Below are positions 1 through 8,895 of a stretch of 64,000 bases of DNA, one piece after another. This DNA is from a virus (lineage: Duplodnaviria > Caudoviricetes): the IMG/VR virus record IMGVR_UViG_3300002220_000740, positions 1 to 64,000 of that record; one strand, given 5' to 3'. The position numbers were made by a program, and so were the translations under genes. The notes below the pieces were generated by a model. The model was not told where the DNA came from and did not search any database. It saw nothing but the letters and a program-made list of their open reading frames with translations. Positions within the stretch are counted from its first letter, which is position 1. The number at the start of each line of letters is the position of its first letter.

Positions 1-84
1 GGTGCCCTTTTGAGACACCCTCTTACGTATTTTAATATGCCGGCTCCTGGCAGCAAGCTGTCATCGCCTCCATATTAAAATACT

Positions 85-113
85 AAAGCCCCTCGCCAAA
101 GGCTCAGGGCTTT
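85..113. terminator. Hairpin with A/T tails, likely terminator downstream of the tRNA fragment
   Basis: AAAGCCC...GGGCTTT inverted repeat followed by a T-run. Confidence 0.55.
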
Positions 114-123
114 TTGTTTTTCT

Positions 124-165
124 TGCGGTGCGGACGGGACTCGAACCCGCGACCCTCGGCGTGAC
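124..165 (-). mobile_element. att core: 3' half of tRNA-Asp(GTC) (attR of a prophage, or attP)
   Basis: Reverse complement GTCACGCCGAGGGTCGCGGGTTCGAGTCCCGTCCGCACCGCA = anticodon GTC onward, T arm GCGGG-TTCGAGT-CCCGT, 3' acceptor strand. The 5' half is absent. It lies 124 bp from the integrase start. Confidence 0.9.
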
Positions 166-288
166 TTTGAAGGGTATAACCTTAAATCTCTTCCCCAATC
201 ATCAGGTTATACCATTAAAAGTTCTGAATAAGAAATTTCCAGGTACGGATCAAGTACGGGTAGCCGTACTCCATCTAAAACCTAAACA

Positions 289-1446
289 ATGCCCAGCATT
301 AAAGTCAGAAAGTATGGAAACTCAGTGTACGTGATCTACATTCACAGGAACAAAAAACTGAAAGTATTCTCCGGGGTCAAGGTTGATGACCAGCATTGGA
401 ACCTGGATGCTCCCCGTAAGAGCTGTCCCAACTACGAAAATGCCCTCGCTCAGATACAACAGATAGAAAGGAAACTTCTCGATGCATCCATGAGGGTAAG
501 ATCCATGGGCATAGATCCGGCAGTTGATCGTGTACGGGCAGAGTTCAAGTCGCAGGAGATTGTCAAGGAAGCTGAAAAGCCGTTCTGGGAGATATATAAT
601 TCATACCTTGTCATGCGTACCTTTAAAGCTTCTACCAGGCAGAAGGCTGAAGTCCATAAGCGAATGCTGGAGTATTTCTGCACCTTTGCGTGCTATGAGT
701 TCGACATAAAGACCTGGGACAAGCTCATGTTCGGCAGGCTCATCCAGTACCTCCTGTTCCAGCAAAAGATGGCAGACTCCACAATAGACAGGCTGGTAAG
801 AGGTGTGAAAGCTGTCCTGCGGTTTGCTTACCCTGCGGCGGATATCTCGTGGATGAAGTACAAACTCCTCAACACAGAGGTGGAACCGGTGGCTCTTACC
901 GAGGGTGAACTCAAATATCTCATTGACGCCGACCTGGGAGGGTACATGGAGAAGACCAGGGACCTGTTCGTGTTCCTGGCAACGACCGGCATGCGGTTCT
1001 CAGACTCTCAGTTGTTCGACCCCTCGTGGGTTACCGAGGAGCAGATCCTGGAGTTCAATCAGCTTAAGACCGGCGGGAAAGCCTATCCTCCCCTGTACGA
1101 AGCATCACGCAGGGTCCTGAGCAAGTGGGGCGGTATCCCACCGCAGATCTCCAACCAGAAGTTCAATGACTATCTAAAGGACCTGTTCGAGGAGCTGAAG
1201 CTGGATCGTCCCATCACGGATGTAGTTGTTCGCAATAAGGTTGTGTTCAGAACTGTCTCTCCCCTGTCAGCGGTAATCTCCTCGCATACCGCGCGCCGGA
1301 CGTTCATCACTCTCTGCCTGAATAAGGGAATGCCATTGCAGGATGTGATGAAGATGTCCGGGCATAGCGACTATAAGTCTATGCGTCCTTACATCAGGGT
1401 AACCAGGAAGCATTTACGGATGGTAGCAGACAAGTGGGATATTTGA
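289..1446 (+). CDS. int: Tyrosine integrase (Bacteroidetes type, N-terminal arm-binding domain)
   Basis: TGMRFSD (R), QLKT (K), SHTARRTF (HxxR), SGHSD (H), RPYIR (Y) catalytic residues. Confidence 0.95.
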   Translation: MPSIKVRKYGNSVYVIYIHRNKKLKVFSGVKVDDQHWNLDAPRKSCPNYENALAQIQQIERKLLDASMRVRSMGIDPAVDRVRAEFKSQEIVKEAEKPFWEIYNSYLVMRTFKASTRQKAEVHKRMLEYFCTFACYEFDIKTWDKLMFGRLIQYLLFQQKMADSTIDRLVRGVKAVLRFAYPAADISWMKYKLLNTEVEPVALTEGELKYLIDADLGGYMEKTRDLFVFLATTGMRFSDSQLFDPSWVTEEQILEFNQLKTGGKAYPPLYEASRRVLSKWGGIPPQISNQKFNDYLKDLFEELKLDRPITDVVVRNKVVFRTVSPLSAVISSHTARRTFITLCLNKGMPLQDVMKMSGHSDYKSMRPYIRVTRKHLRMVADKWDI

Positions 1447-1599
1447 TTGTGGAAATGTGTGTTGATAAGTCAGTACGATTTTATTAGGAATTGAGGAATT
1501 TTTTTATGTCAATGAATATTATCTATTATAAGGATATAAGTATATACTTAATACAGGAGAATAATTACTTCCCTATCTTATAGTGTACAAATGTACATC

Positions 1600-1989
1600 C
1601 TAATCTTCCTCCTCCTCTTCCTCAAGGAAATCCTCTATCTCCTTATCGGTAGGCTCCGCTGCGATGGGGAATCCCCCGGAGACTGCATCAACCCGCATAA
1701 GAAAGCTCATCATCGTCAGCGGGGAGAACAGCAGCATGGTGAACTTCAGGGAGAATTCACCGTTCTTACGTTCGACCTCATAGATCGCATCGTTCTCCAG
1801 GAATGGTCTGGGGAAGTAAGGCATGTTTGAGTGAAGCCAGTCAAGTACCTCAGTGGAAGGTTTACCATTCCTTACCAGCTGGTCTTCAAGTTGGATTGCC
1901 TGTTCTTCGGAGATATTGACAGCGATTATGAAATCCTTGTCCTTAAGGATCGTCTTCGCGTTATTCAAAACTATTCTACTTGCCTGCAT
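1600..1989 (-). CDS. Hypothetical protein with acidic C-terminal tail
   Basis: 129-aa ORF overlapping the upstream - strand gene; ends EEEEEED. Confidence 0.6.
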   Translation of the reverse strand: MQASRIVLNNAKTILKDKDFIIAVNISEEQAIQLEDQLVRNGKPSTEVLDWLHSNMPYFPRPFLENDAIYEVERKNGEFSLKFTMLLFSPLTMMSFLMRVDAVSGGFPIAAEPTDKEIEDFLEEEEEED

Positions 1990-2356
1990 CGGTTATATTG
2001 AATTTCCCGGACGACCTCTCCAGGTAGAAACGTAACTTCTTCTCAAGGTCCTCAGTCGTTAAGGAACCATAGTACTCCCGGATAATCACTGGGATCTCCG
2101 CTACTTTATAGGTTAAGTCCTCTACCAGGATGATAAGCCCCGCGCGCGTAAGGCGTGCCAGGGACCCGTCCAGCGCCCGGCGTCCCAGGCGAAGCTCTCT
2201 CTGCAGAGCCCGTTTGATTACTACCACCTGGCTGCGTTTGCTGTACTTGGTCTGAACTATCATCTTCTCAAAGACCGCGATATCATCCAGTGTCCAGCAG
2301 CCTTTTACCAGCTGCATATCGCTGAACGAGATCGACAACCCCGTGCTTTTATTCAT
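1976..2356 (-). CDS. Putative winged-helix DNA-binding protein (repressor candidate)
   Basis: RALQRELRLGRRALDGSLARLTRAGLI resembles a wHTH recognition helix plus wing; divergent from 2467. Confidence 0.55.
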   Translation of the reverse strand: MNKSTGLSISFSDMQLVKGCWTLDDIAVFEKMIVQTKYSKRSQVVVIKRALQRELRLGRRALDGSLARLTRAGLIILVEDLTYKVAEIPVIIREYYGSLTTEDLEKKLRFYLERSSGKFNITDAGK

Positions 2357-2415
2357 GGTTAAAAATCTGTATAAAGATAATAAATCAAAAATATATTCAT
2401 TTAAACAGCATTTAA

Positions 2416-2447
2416 TTTGGTTTGTATGATTTCCTTGTATATATTTG
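2416..2447 (+). promoter_or_regulatory. Bacteroidetes sigma70-type promoter (-33 TTTG / -7 TAnnTTTG)
   Basis: TTTG at 2416-2419, 20-nt spacer, TATATTTG at 2440-2447, 20 bp before the ATG at 2467. Confidence 0.65.
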
Positions 2448-2466
2448 TCCCAGATAAAATTTGTGA

Positions 2467-2703
2467 ATGGACATACCGATACAAGAAAAAAGAACCAGTC
2501 TCCTGGTGGTAAGATTTACCAAAAGTGAGATGACCAGGATTAAGGCTTTTAAAAAGTCCAATAAGCAAATTAACGTAAGTCATATTGTTCGTCAGCATCT
2601 TTTGAAACTTATTGACGAGTGTACAAATGTACACACAAATGCAGAGAATTCCACAAGAATTGCAAAATATCCTTTAACAAAATCAGAAGCATACCAGGCA
2701 TAA
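2467..2703 (+). CDS. Ribbon-helix-helix-like small DNA-binding protein
   Basis: LVVRFTKSEMTRIK...NVSHIVRQHL fits the beta-alpha-alpha RHH pattern. Confidence 0.6.
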   Translation: MDIPIQEKRTSLLVVRFTKSEMTRIKAFKKSNKQINVSHIVRQHLLKLIDECTNVHTNAENSTRIAKYPLTKSEAYQA

Positions 2704-2871
2704 AGTTGCCCGGAGTTCCTTGACATAGAGATAACTTATCATCTCCCCCAAATGCCAACAACGGTACAGGGAGATCATAGAAAAGGAAAAATAGCGTGAA
2801 GACCGCTAAAATGCCAAATGGCTGAAACCTTGTTATCGCCACCGAATTGATGAACATTAAACTATTTCGTC

Positions 2872-3141
2872 ATGAGCGACATATTGAACGTTGGAAACCG
2901 CGTGAAGATATTGATGGGGAAACCCTATTTTGACTATCACGCACCGAACATTACAAAAGACCTGAAGCCCGAACTTGTAGGGAAAAGGGGAACGATCCTG
3001 GACCGGCATCCTATGAAAGGGTACTGGGTCCTGATAGATACTCGACTGCCCATCACAGGCAAGGGTCTTTTCTGGTTCAATGAGCTCTGTATACGCCGGT
3101 TGACATTTTTTGAGAAAGTAGTTGACTGGCTTCACAATTAA
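2872..3141 (+). CDS. Hypothetical protein (SH3/KOW-like)
   Basis: LNVGNRVKI...VGKRGTIL pattern. Confidence 0.5.
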   Translation: MSDILNVGNRVKILMGKPYFDYHAPNITKDLKPELVGKRGTILDRHPMKGYWVLIDTRLPITGKGLFWFNELCIRRLTFFEKVVDWLHN

Positions 3142-3151
3142 TAAAAATAAG

Positions 3152-3397
3152 ATGCACCAAGAAACCGACGATCAATTCATGAGCCGTCTCAAACGTGAGG
3201 TACTGCTCATATTCCCTACAGTAAGGGTAAAGTTCCGCACAGCTACAACGCTGGACGGATCAAAGCAAATCAAAAGAGGCAAGTACTACGCCAAGCGAGT
3301 GATGACCGACGAGCCCTTTGCGGACCGGCTGTCCAAAGAAGAGGTGGAGTACATGCTGCAGAGCATCCCCAAATTAAATTTACTGAGACTCTCATGA
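3152..3397 (+). CDS. Hypothetical protein
   Basis: ATG after an AT-rich leader; stop overlaps next start (ATGA). Confidence 0.55.
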   Translation: MHQETDDQFMSRLKREVLLIFPTVRVKFRTATTLDGSKQIKRGKYYAKRVMTDEPFADRLSKEEVEYMLQSIPKLNLLRLS

Positions 3398-3636
3398 GCA
3401 GACCGCTGAGAATATCCGATCTCCCTATGCCCGCCTGTAAGCACGAACTTATTGGAAGGGTTTATCCATGTCCTTTCCACGACTGTGGTGCTATGGTGGA
3501 CATAGGGAGCGAAGGTATCACGCACTTCGGGCATCGTCACATGCTCCGCATTGACCTGAACGAACTCTTCACCCTAGCTACGGTAACGTATCCAAAGTGG
3601 AGAGAGATGGAACGCAAGATGCTCTTCGGAGAATAA
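3394..3636 (+). CDS. Small Cys/His-rich hypothetical protein
   Basis: CPFHDC and HFGHRH motifs; coupled to the upstream gene. Confidence 0.55.
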   Translation: MSRPLRISDLPMPACKHELIGRVYPCPFHDCGAMVDIGSEGITHFGHRHMLRIDLNELFTLATVTYPKWREMERKMLFGE

Positions 3637-3641
3637 AACAG

Positions 3642-3715
3642 AGCAGGGTCACTGGAGTGGATCCCAGCCCAGACTCATAACCTGGTACACGCGTGTTCGA
3701 TTCACGCCCCTGCCA
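3642..3715 (+). tRNA. tRNA-Met(CAT), initiator-like 1:72 mismatch
   Basis: GCAGGG/CCCTGC acceptor, CTGG/CCAG D stem, CTCATAA loop, GCGTG-TTCGATT-CACGC T arm. Confidence 0.8.
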
Positions 3716-3735
3716 CAACCTAATAATAGAATAAG

Positions 3736-4380
3736 ATGGAACAGTTAGTAAAAATTACAGACAATGATGGCAAGAAGGCTGTCAGCGCAAAAGAACTTTA
3801 TGACGCCCTTGGGCTTGATAAGACCTCTTGGGCACGGTGGTATCGTAAGAATATCATTAACAATGAGTTTGCCATTGGTGGGGAAGATTGGACATATCTC
3901 GGCATCAAGCAGAGTAAGCCTCGTAATCAGGACTTTGTATTGACAATAGACTTTGCAAAGAAACTTGCCATGCTTACTCGTACCTCACAAGGGGATACGG
4001 TAAGGAAGTACTTTATTGAAATAGAAAAGTCATTCCTGCACAGGGATAATCCTCTTACACCGCTTGACCTGTTCAGAACTCAGATCAAGGTAATGGAGGC
4101 ACAGGAAACCAGGATCAAGGCGCTTGAGTCTGCTGTTACCGATCTTGCGATCAAGACTGCAACTCGCCCTGATTACTTTTCCATAGTGGGATATGCATCC
4201 AAGAACGGAGTAAACATCACTCTCAGGATGGCACAGTCACTGGGACTGAAAGCCCGAAACCTGTGCATTAAAAACAACATGCCCATTGACTCAGTTCCTG
4301 ACCCGAGGTTTGGAAGAGTAGGGCTGTACCCTGCCCTCATGCTGCAAGAAGCATTCATAAGTTCAGGGATCACTCTTTAA
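3736..4380 (+). CDS. AntA/AntB-family antirepressor
   Basis: VSAKELYDALG...WARW...LTIDFAKKLAML...GDTVRKYFIEIEK AntA signature; C-terminal VPDPRFGRV motif. Confidence 0.85.
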   Translation: MEQLVKITDNDGKKAVSAKELYDALGLDKTSWARWYRKNIINNEFAIGGEDWTYLGIKQSKPRNQDFVLTIDFAKKLAMLTRTSQGDTVRKYFIEIEKSFLHRDNPLTPLDLFRTQIKVMEAQETRIKALESAVTDLAIKTATRPDYFSIVGYASKNGVNITLRMAQSLGLKARNLCIKNNMPIDSVPDPRFGRVGLYPALMLQEAFISSGITL

Positions 4381-4382
4381 GG

Positions 4383-4601
4383 ATGAACCTGATAAGAGTT
4401 AAGAACTGGCACGGAACCAGGATGGAAGTTACCGTAGTTCATATGCCCGAATGGGATGGTCCCCTGGAACACTACGAGAATGATCCCCACTTTGAAGTAA
4501 TTAAAGATGTACCCAATGATAAAAAGACTTTTCCATGCTCTCTTGAAGAGTATAGGTTTTGCGCCGATCCCAGTATCCCTGAACATAGAAATGCACAGTG
4601 A
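4383..4601 (+). CDS. Hypothetical protein
   Basis: Starts 2 nt after the antirepressor stop; overlaps alternative ORF 4507-4812. Confidence 0.4.
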   Translation: MNLIRVKNWHGTRMEVTVVHMPEWDGPLEHYENDPHFEVIKDVPNDKKTFPCSLEEYRFCADPSIPEHRNAQ

Positions 4602-4825
4602 GGATCTGATCCTACTGACCAGGCAATACCAGGTGTATCCTAATAAATTTACGAACGAACTTCCAATGCGGCGTGCTCTGGATTTTGAAGAGCTGGAGGC
4701 ACAGCGGTTCTTTTCCGATATGGCGCAGTTCATCACTAAGACTTCGCGTATGGAGGATGGCGTAAAGCATGTGCAGCTGCAGCTTCGCATAAGTGTACCC
4801 AAACAACATTAATACAAACGAATAA

Positions 4826-5368
4826 ATGCAAAAAGAAATTCTACTCGATATGGATGGCGTGCTGACAGACTTCCACGCAGGTGCGATGGATGTGTTCAAC
4901 CGCTACTTCCAAAAGAATTACACCCAAGAGGAGTATGCCCGGGACTATCACGACTGGGACATAGCACATTACTACAAGATCTCTGACGGTCTGTTCTGGA
5001 AGCTGATAGAACTTCAACCCCATTTCTGGTTCAACCTTAAGCCTATTCCCTGGCATAAGGAGCTGTACAAGGGACTCTCCCTGCTGGGAAGAGTAACCAT
5101 CCTGACCTCTCCGTCACTGGATCCGAACTGCGCAAAGGAGAAGCTGGAGTGGCTCAAGTATCACCTGGACATCCCCTCAAGTGCGGTGATCATGGGATCA
5201 CGTAAGGAAATCATGGCTGGTAATGGGTTCCTGATAGACGATAGCCCCACCAATGTGGAGCTGTTCAAGCAGAGGGGAGGACAGGCAGTCTGCATCCCCA
5301 GCACCTGGAACACCCCGGATCTTACCTTCTCCCAGGTCTGGCTTAAGATAAGGGAGGAAATGAAATGA
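4826..5368 (+). CDS. HAD-family 5'(3')-deoxyribonucleotidase (NT5C-like)
   Basis: LLDMDGVLTDF, ILTSP, EKLEWL, LIDDSPTN motifs. Confidence 0.9.
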   Translation: MQKEILLDMDGVLTDFHAGAMDVFNRYFQKNYTQEEYARDYHDWDIAHYYKISDGLFWKLIELQPHFWFNLKPIPWHKELYKGLSLLGRVTILTSPSLDPNCAKEKLEWLKYHLDIPSSAVIMGSRKEIMAGNGFLIDDSPTNVELFKQRGGQAVCIPSTWNTPDLTFSQVWLKIREEMK

Positions 5369-5850
5369 TCATACAGTATATGCACCATAATGTTCTGATG
5401 AGCGTGCAGGCGCACCTCAAGGGACGACATAAAGAACACTGCCTCTGTTATCAGGGATGCTTAAATTTCCATCCAGGTGAGCCTGGTCACTGCCAGATCG
5501 CACAGAAGCTGTTTGCACTTGACCAGGTGTACGGGTTGGTAACCCCGGTCTGGGAGTGCGGAACCTTCAGGCGTGAAGAACACATCATCAGTGAGGTGAA
5601 ATCCACCCTGATTCCGGAGCTTATTCGCCCGGGAAGACGCATGGGGAACACAATTCGCCAGGCTGAAGTCGCTGTGGATTGGTTATTAGAAGGTTACTCG
5701 GTACTTGTACGGGATCATTACAAGGACGGCGAGGATAGGAACGCCAATTGGACGTTACTGGCTGAAATACGGAACAGATTACGGGAACGGAATCCGACTA
5801 TAGTCTGGAATCTGAATCCTGATGAACTTATTATTAGGTTGGTCAAATAG
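5365..5850 (+). CDS. Hypothetical protein, Cys-rich N-terminus
   Basis: 161-aa ORF coupled by an ATGA overlap. Confidence 0.6.
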   Translation: MIIQYMHHNVLMSVQAHLKGRHKEHCLCYQGCLNFHPGEPGHCQIAQKLFALDQVYGLVTPVWECGTFRREEHIISEVKSTLIPELIRPGRRMGNTIRQAEVAVDWLLEGYSVLVRDHYKDGEDRNANWTLLAEIRNRLRERNPTIVWNLNPDELIIRLVK

Positions 5851-6021
5851 TTTGTTTTGTTTTTTTTCATGTTTTGGGTTAGGTTGGGAAACGCCCTCAG
5901 AGATGGGGGCGTTTTTTATCCAACACAATGTATGATACAAAATGTTTGTCACGTTATTGCCGTTAGAAACGTGACATCCGTAGTGCAAAATGTGTAATAC
6001 AAAATGCACAATTTTTGTAAA

Positions 6022-6071
6022 GTGGGTTAAACGTTATTCACTCTTTGTGGGGTGGGATAAACGTTATTCAC
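6022..6071 (+). repeat. 20-bp direct repeat x2 (iteron-like)
   Basis: GTGGGTTAAACGTTATTCAC (6022-6041) and GTGGGATAAACGTTATTCAC (6052-6071), 30-bp period. Confidence 0.8.
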
Positions 6072-6206
6072 GGGTAGTAAATGTTTTTCATAAAAATTTT
6101 TTGGGAAAATTTTCTGATCGTAGTTCTGTGTGTGGGGACCACCTCCCTCCAACCTCCCCCCCTTTTAGTTGAGAGTTGGATACCCCGCTCTCGTAAAAAC
6201 ACGACT

Positions 6207-6500
6207 ATGACACAAAGATTCTCTGTTATCCAGATCACTCCCGTCGAATTCAAAGACACGATCACGGGAGCCATCACCAAGATGGAACGTTGCATTCTCA
6301 TGACCGCTGCAGGCGAACTCGTTAAGAAGAGTTATCCCGTCGGCATACGCAAGGTCGGTGAGACGCTTATACTTGAGCCCAGCACATACAACAATGCGCC
6401 TTGCCTCAAGCACGTTGCAGTCCTCGATGACGCAACCGCAGCAGCCATGCGCAAAGCACACACCACGCTGAGCGAACTCGCTGCTTCGCTGGCATTCTAA
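6207..6500 (+). CDS. Hypothetical protein (possible OB-like fold)
   Basis: Likely start MTQRFSV after an A-rich leader; followed by a GC-rich hairpin at 6508-6547. Confidence 0.6.
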   Translation: MTQRFSVIQITPVEFKDTITGAITKMERCILMTAAGELVKKSYPVGIRKVGETLILEPSTYNNAPCLKHVAVLDDATAAAMRKAHTTLSELAASLAF

Positions 6501-7104
6501 CCACGCTATCAGACGCGGGACAAGGGCTTCGCCCTTGCCTCGCTGATGTGTGCTGACAGTGCTAACAATGATACCAGGCAGAAGCGAATAAGCATTTGTG
6601 TAACGACTTAATAACCTATCAAGATGAAAATGACCGTATTCATGGGCATCCTCATGACCCTTGCTGATGCATGGGAGTGGGATCGCTCATAATTTGAGTG
6701 TTTGAGTAACGCTCTGATACATGAAGGAGACACACTAAACTTCAGAGGTGACGGGGAGTGTGCGAGCACGAGTGCTGGGCAGGTCTGGACAACCTGTTCT
6801 CCTTCATTTTTTATTCTTCCCCAAATGTTACATATTTCTATCACCCTTTGTAACATCCGTTACATTTCATAATACATCGCTACTCACCTTGGAGCACAAC
6901 CCTATTGTAGAGTTAGGGTCGATGTATTACCTCAATTCCCACATATCACCGATAAGTAAGGTGCGACACGTTCCGGACGTAGTGAATTGACACAGTGGGG
7001 AGTCATACTCAGGTGCCAGAATATGGAATATTTCCATATAGGTTAAATACAGGCGGACGAGCCTGATGCCTGAGTTTCAATTGAAACCAAACACACATAC
7101 AGAT

Positions 7105-7389
7105 ATGAAAATGAACCTCAAACCAGCACTGGTGTACATGCTTATCATCATGATAGGATGTGCACTCACATTCTTTACCTCTTGCACATCCAAGAGTGGT
7201 CATTACGTGGCTATCCCGATTGAGAAGGTCGTTGTAATTGACATGACTCCACATCCGGAGATATCAGCAGCCGGTGAACCCATCTACAGCTACAAGGTCA
7301 AGCGTATTGAGCTTGGTGTGATGGACTACATGAGTACTGATTATCTGTTTGAAGCAGGTGATACTATCAGGTACAAATTCATTCGGTAA
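7105..7389 (+). CDS. Putative lipoprotein/membrane protein
   Basis: Basic N-terminus, hydrophobic stretch, FFTSC lipobox-like motif. Confidence 0.55.
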   Translation: MKMNLKPALVYMLIIMIGCALTFFTSCTSKSGHYVAIPIEKVVVIDMTPHPEISAAGEPIYSYKVKRIELGVMDYMSTDYLFEAGDTIRYKFIR

Positions 7390-7550
7390 TCATAAGCTCC
7401 TGGGCGACTCTAATGCGTCGCGTATAGTGATAGCCACTGTTACCCTGGAGATCTTTAAGACGGAAGTAATATAACTGGTGTAAAAACAATGTACCTTATG
7501 GAATCACGTAAGCACGCCGTCTTTTATATCAACTTAACAACCCAAAACTA

Positions 7551-7688
7551 ATGCCGACCGAAACAATCACACTCGTAACAGTATCCTTATGTGATACCTG
7601 TATCAAGAAGGGCAGATGTCCTGTACCAAGGATGAAAGACAAGGCACCATTGGTACGTGTATGTTCAGCATATACATCTTGTAAATAA
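7551..7688 (+). CDS. 45-aa Cys-rich protein (not in the ORF track)
   Basis: MPTETITLVTVSLCDTCIKKGRCPVPRMKDKAPLVRVCSAYTSCK after an AT-rich leader. Confidence 0.5.
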   Translation: MPTETITLVTVSLCDTCIKKGRCPVPRMKDKAPLVRVCSAYTSCK

Positions 7689-7818
7689 TATACTTATCTT
7701 TAATCTACAGGCGAGCGACACACCGAGTAATCAGACAGTAAGACTTCTTTTCTTCCTATACTCAGTCGCTCGCTTTCCTTTCTTGCCATTGTTTGGGATG
7801 AAAATGAATTGTTCTTAC

Positions 7819-8421
7819 TTACTTTTCTTTTCCTATATTTTTTTTGAGTTCACGAAACTGCAGCTTCGCTTGCTCAGGACTAATAGTTCCCTTGTACAGT
7901 TCTTCTATGAACTCTTTAAGTTCCGCCACAGTATGCAGTTTGGGGAAGAGTTCTAAGTCATTTCGGGCGGCATTTTGACAGTTTGCGAAAATTGGAGCAA
8001 AATCAATGACCCGTATTTTATCCCACTCACTTTTAGATGGCTTAGGACACATCGTAGATTTAGTTCCTATTTCTTTACCGCAATAACCTACCAAATGGGA
8101 TACCTTACGATATACATCTCGGGGTAAAAGTATCAAAGCTTTATGGAGTACACGATCCATTTCTGAAACCTTCCCTATGACAACCTCATGCTGTTTAACA
8201 TGTTCCAAACTTCCACATTCGATTCCATAAGCCGTATCTGCTTCGTAAACAACCTTATCACAAGAACTAAATAGCTCAATATATACTTCAAGGCAACGTT
8301 CACGACGCCACTTTCGTGTTTCGTCACTACGCTCAAGCCAATGCCCAAGCCATATACCACCCAATGTGCCCCCAACTGCGATAAGACCCACAATTATGGC
8401 TATAACCGAGGTTTCATTCAT
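7819..8421 (-). CDS. Hypothetical protein with N-terminal TM helix (cassette-like cargo)
   Basis: 200 aa, hydrophobic N-terminus; TAACTTTG promoter motif at 8559-8566 on - strand. Confidence 0.7.
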   Translation of the reverse strand: MNETSVIAIIVGLIAVGGTLGGIWLGHWLERSDETRKWRRERCLEVYIELFSSCDKVVYEADTAYGIECGSLEHVKQHEVVIGKVSEMDRVLHKALILLPRDVYRKVSHLVGYCGKEIGTKSTMCPKPSKSEWDKIRVIDFAPIFANCQNAARNDLELFPKLHTVAELKEFIEELYKGTISPEQAKLQFRELKKNIGKEK

Positions 8422-8895
8422 AAGGATTATTTTCCAATTCGTTTAAATTAGCGTTACTCGAAAAACATAACGTATTTCCTTTATATACACCCAAAAAGTG
8501 CTCATATACATGCCAAAATAAGCTGATAGAAGCATTTGTTCTTGTCTTCTCTTGTAATCAAAGTTACGAATTTCTTAAGAATAGAATTGAAATAATAAGC
8601 CCCGTAGTGTTACCGGGGACTTATCCTCGATGCATTATTTTTTGGATATTTAAAATACTATTCCGACATTTGATATGCAGCAACTCCAAATCGAAGGAGT
8701 TTTTCCTCACACGAGGTAATGCAGCGAGACGAGCCCCGGATGCTCAGACAGGTCCGGGGCTTTTTATTTAATAATGTTATATATGAACTTACAATTAACG
8801 ATTTACTATTGGTGTATAATAACTCCGTAATTGAGCAAATAAGTTTACTTTTAGTAGACATTTAAACAAGGTGCAATGATTCTTAACCACTTAAA

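Noticed and set aside
128-334. 68-aa ORF MRTGLEPAT...
   Set aside because: This is the antisense translation of the tRNA T arm, a common spurious ORF.
1387-1425. Self-target of tract 4 in the integrase (YIRV codons TA-AT-AG-GT)
   Set aside because: Only 4 of 13 dinucleotides match; compatible with chance.
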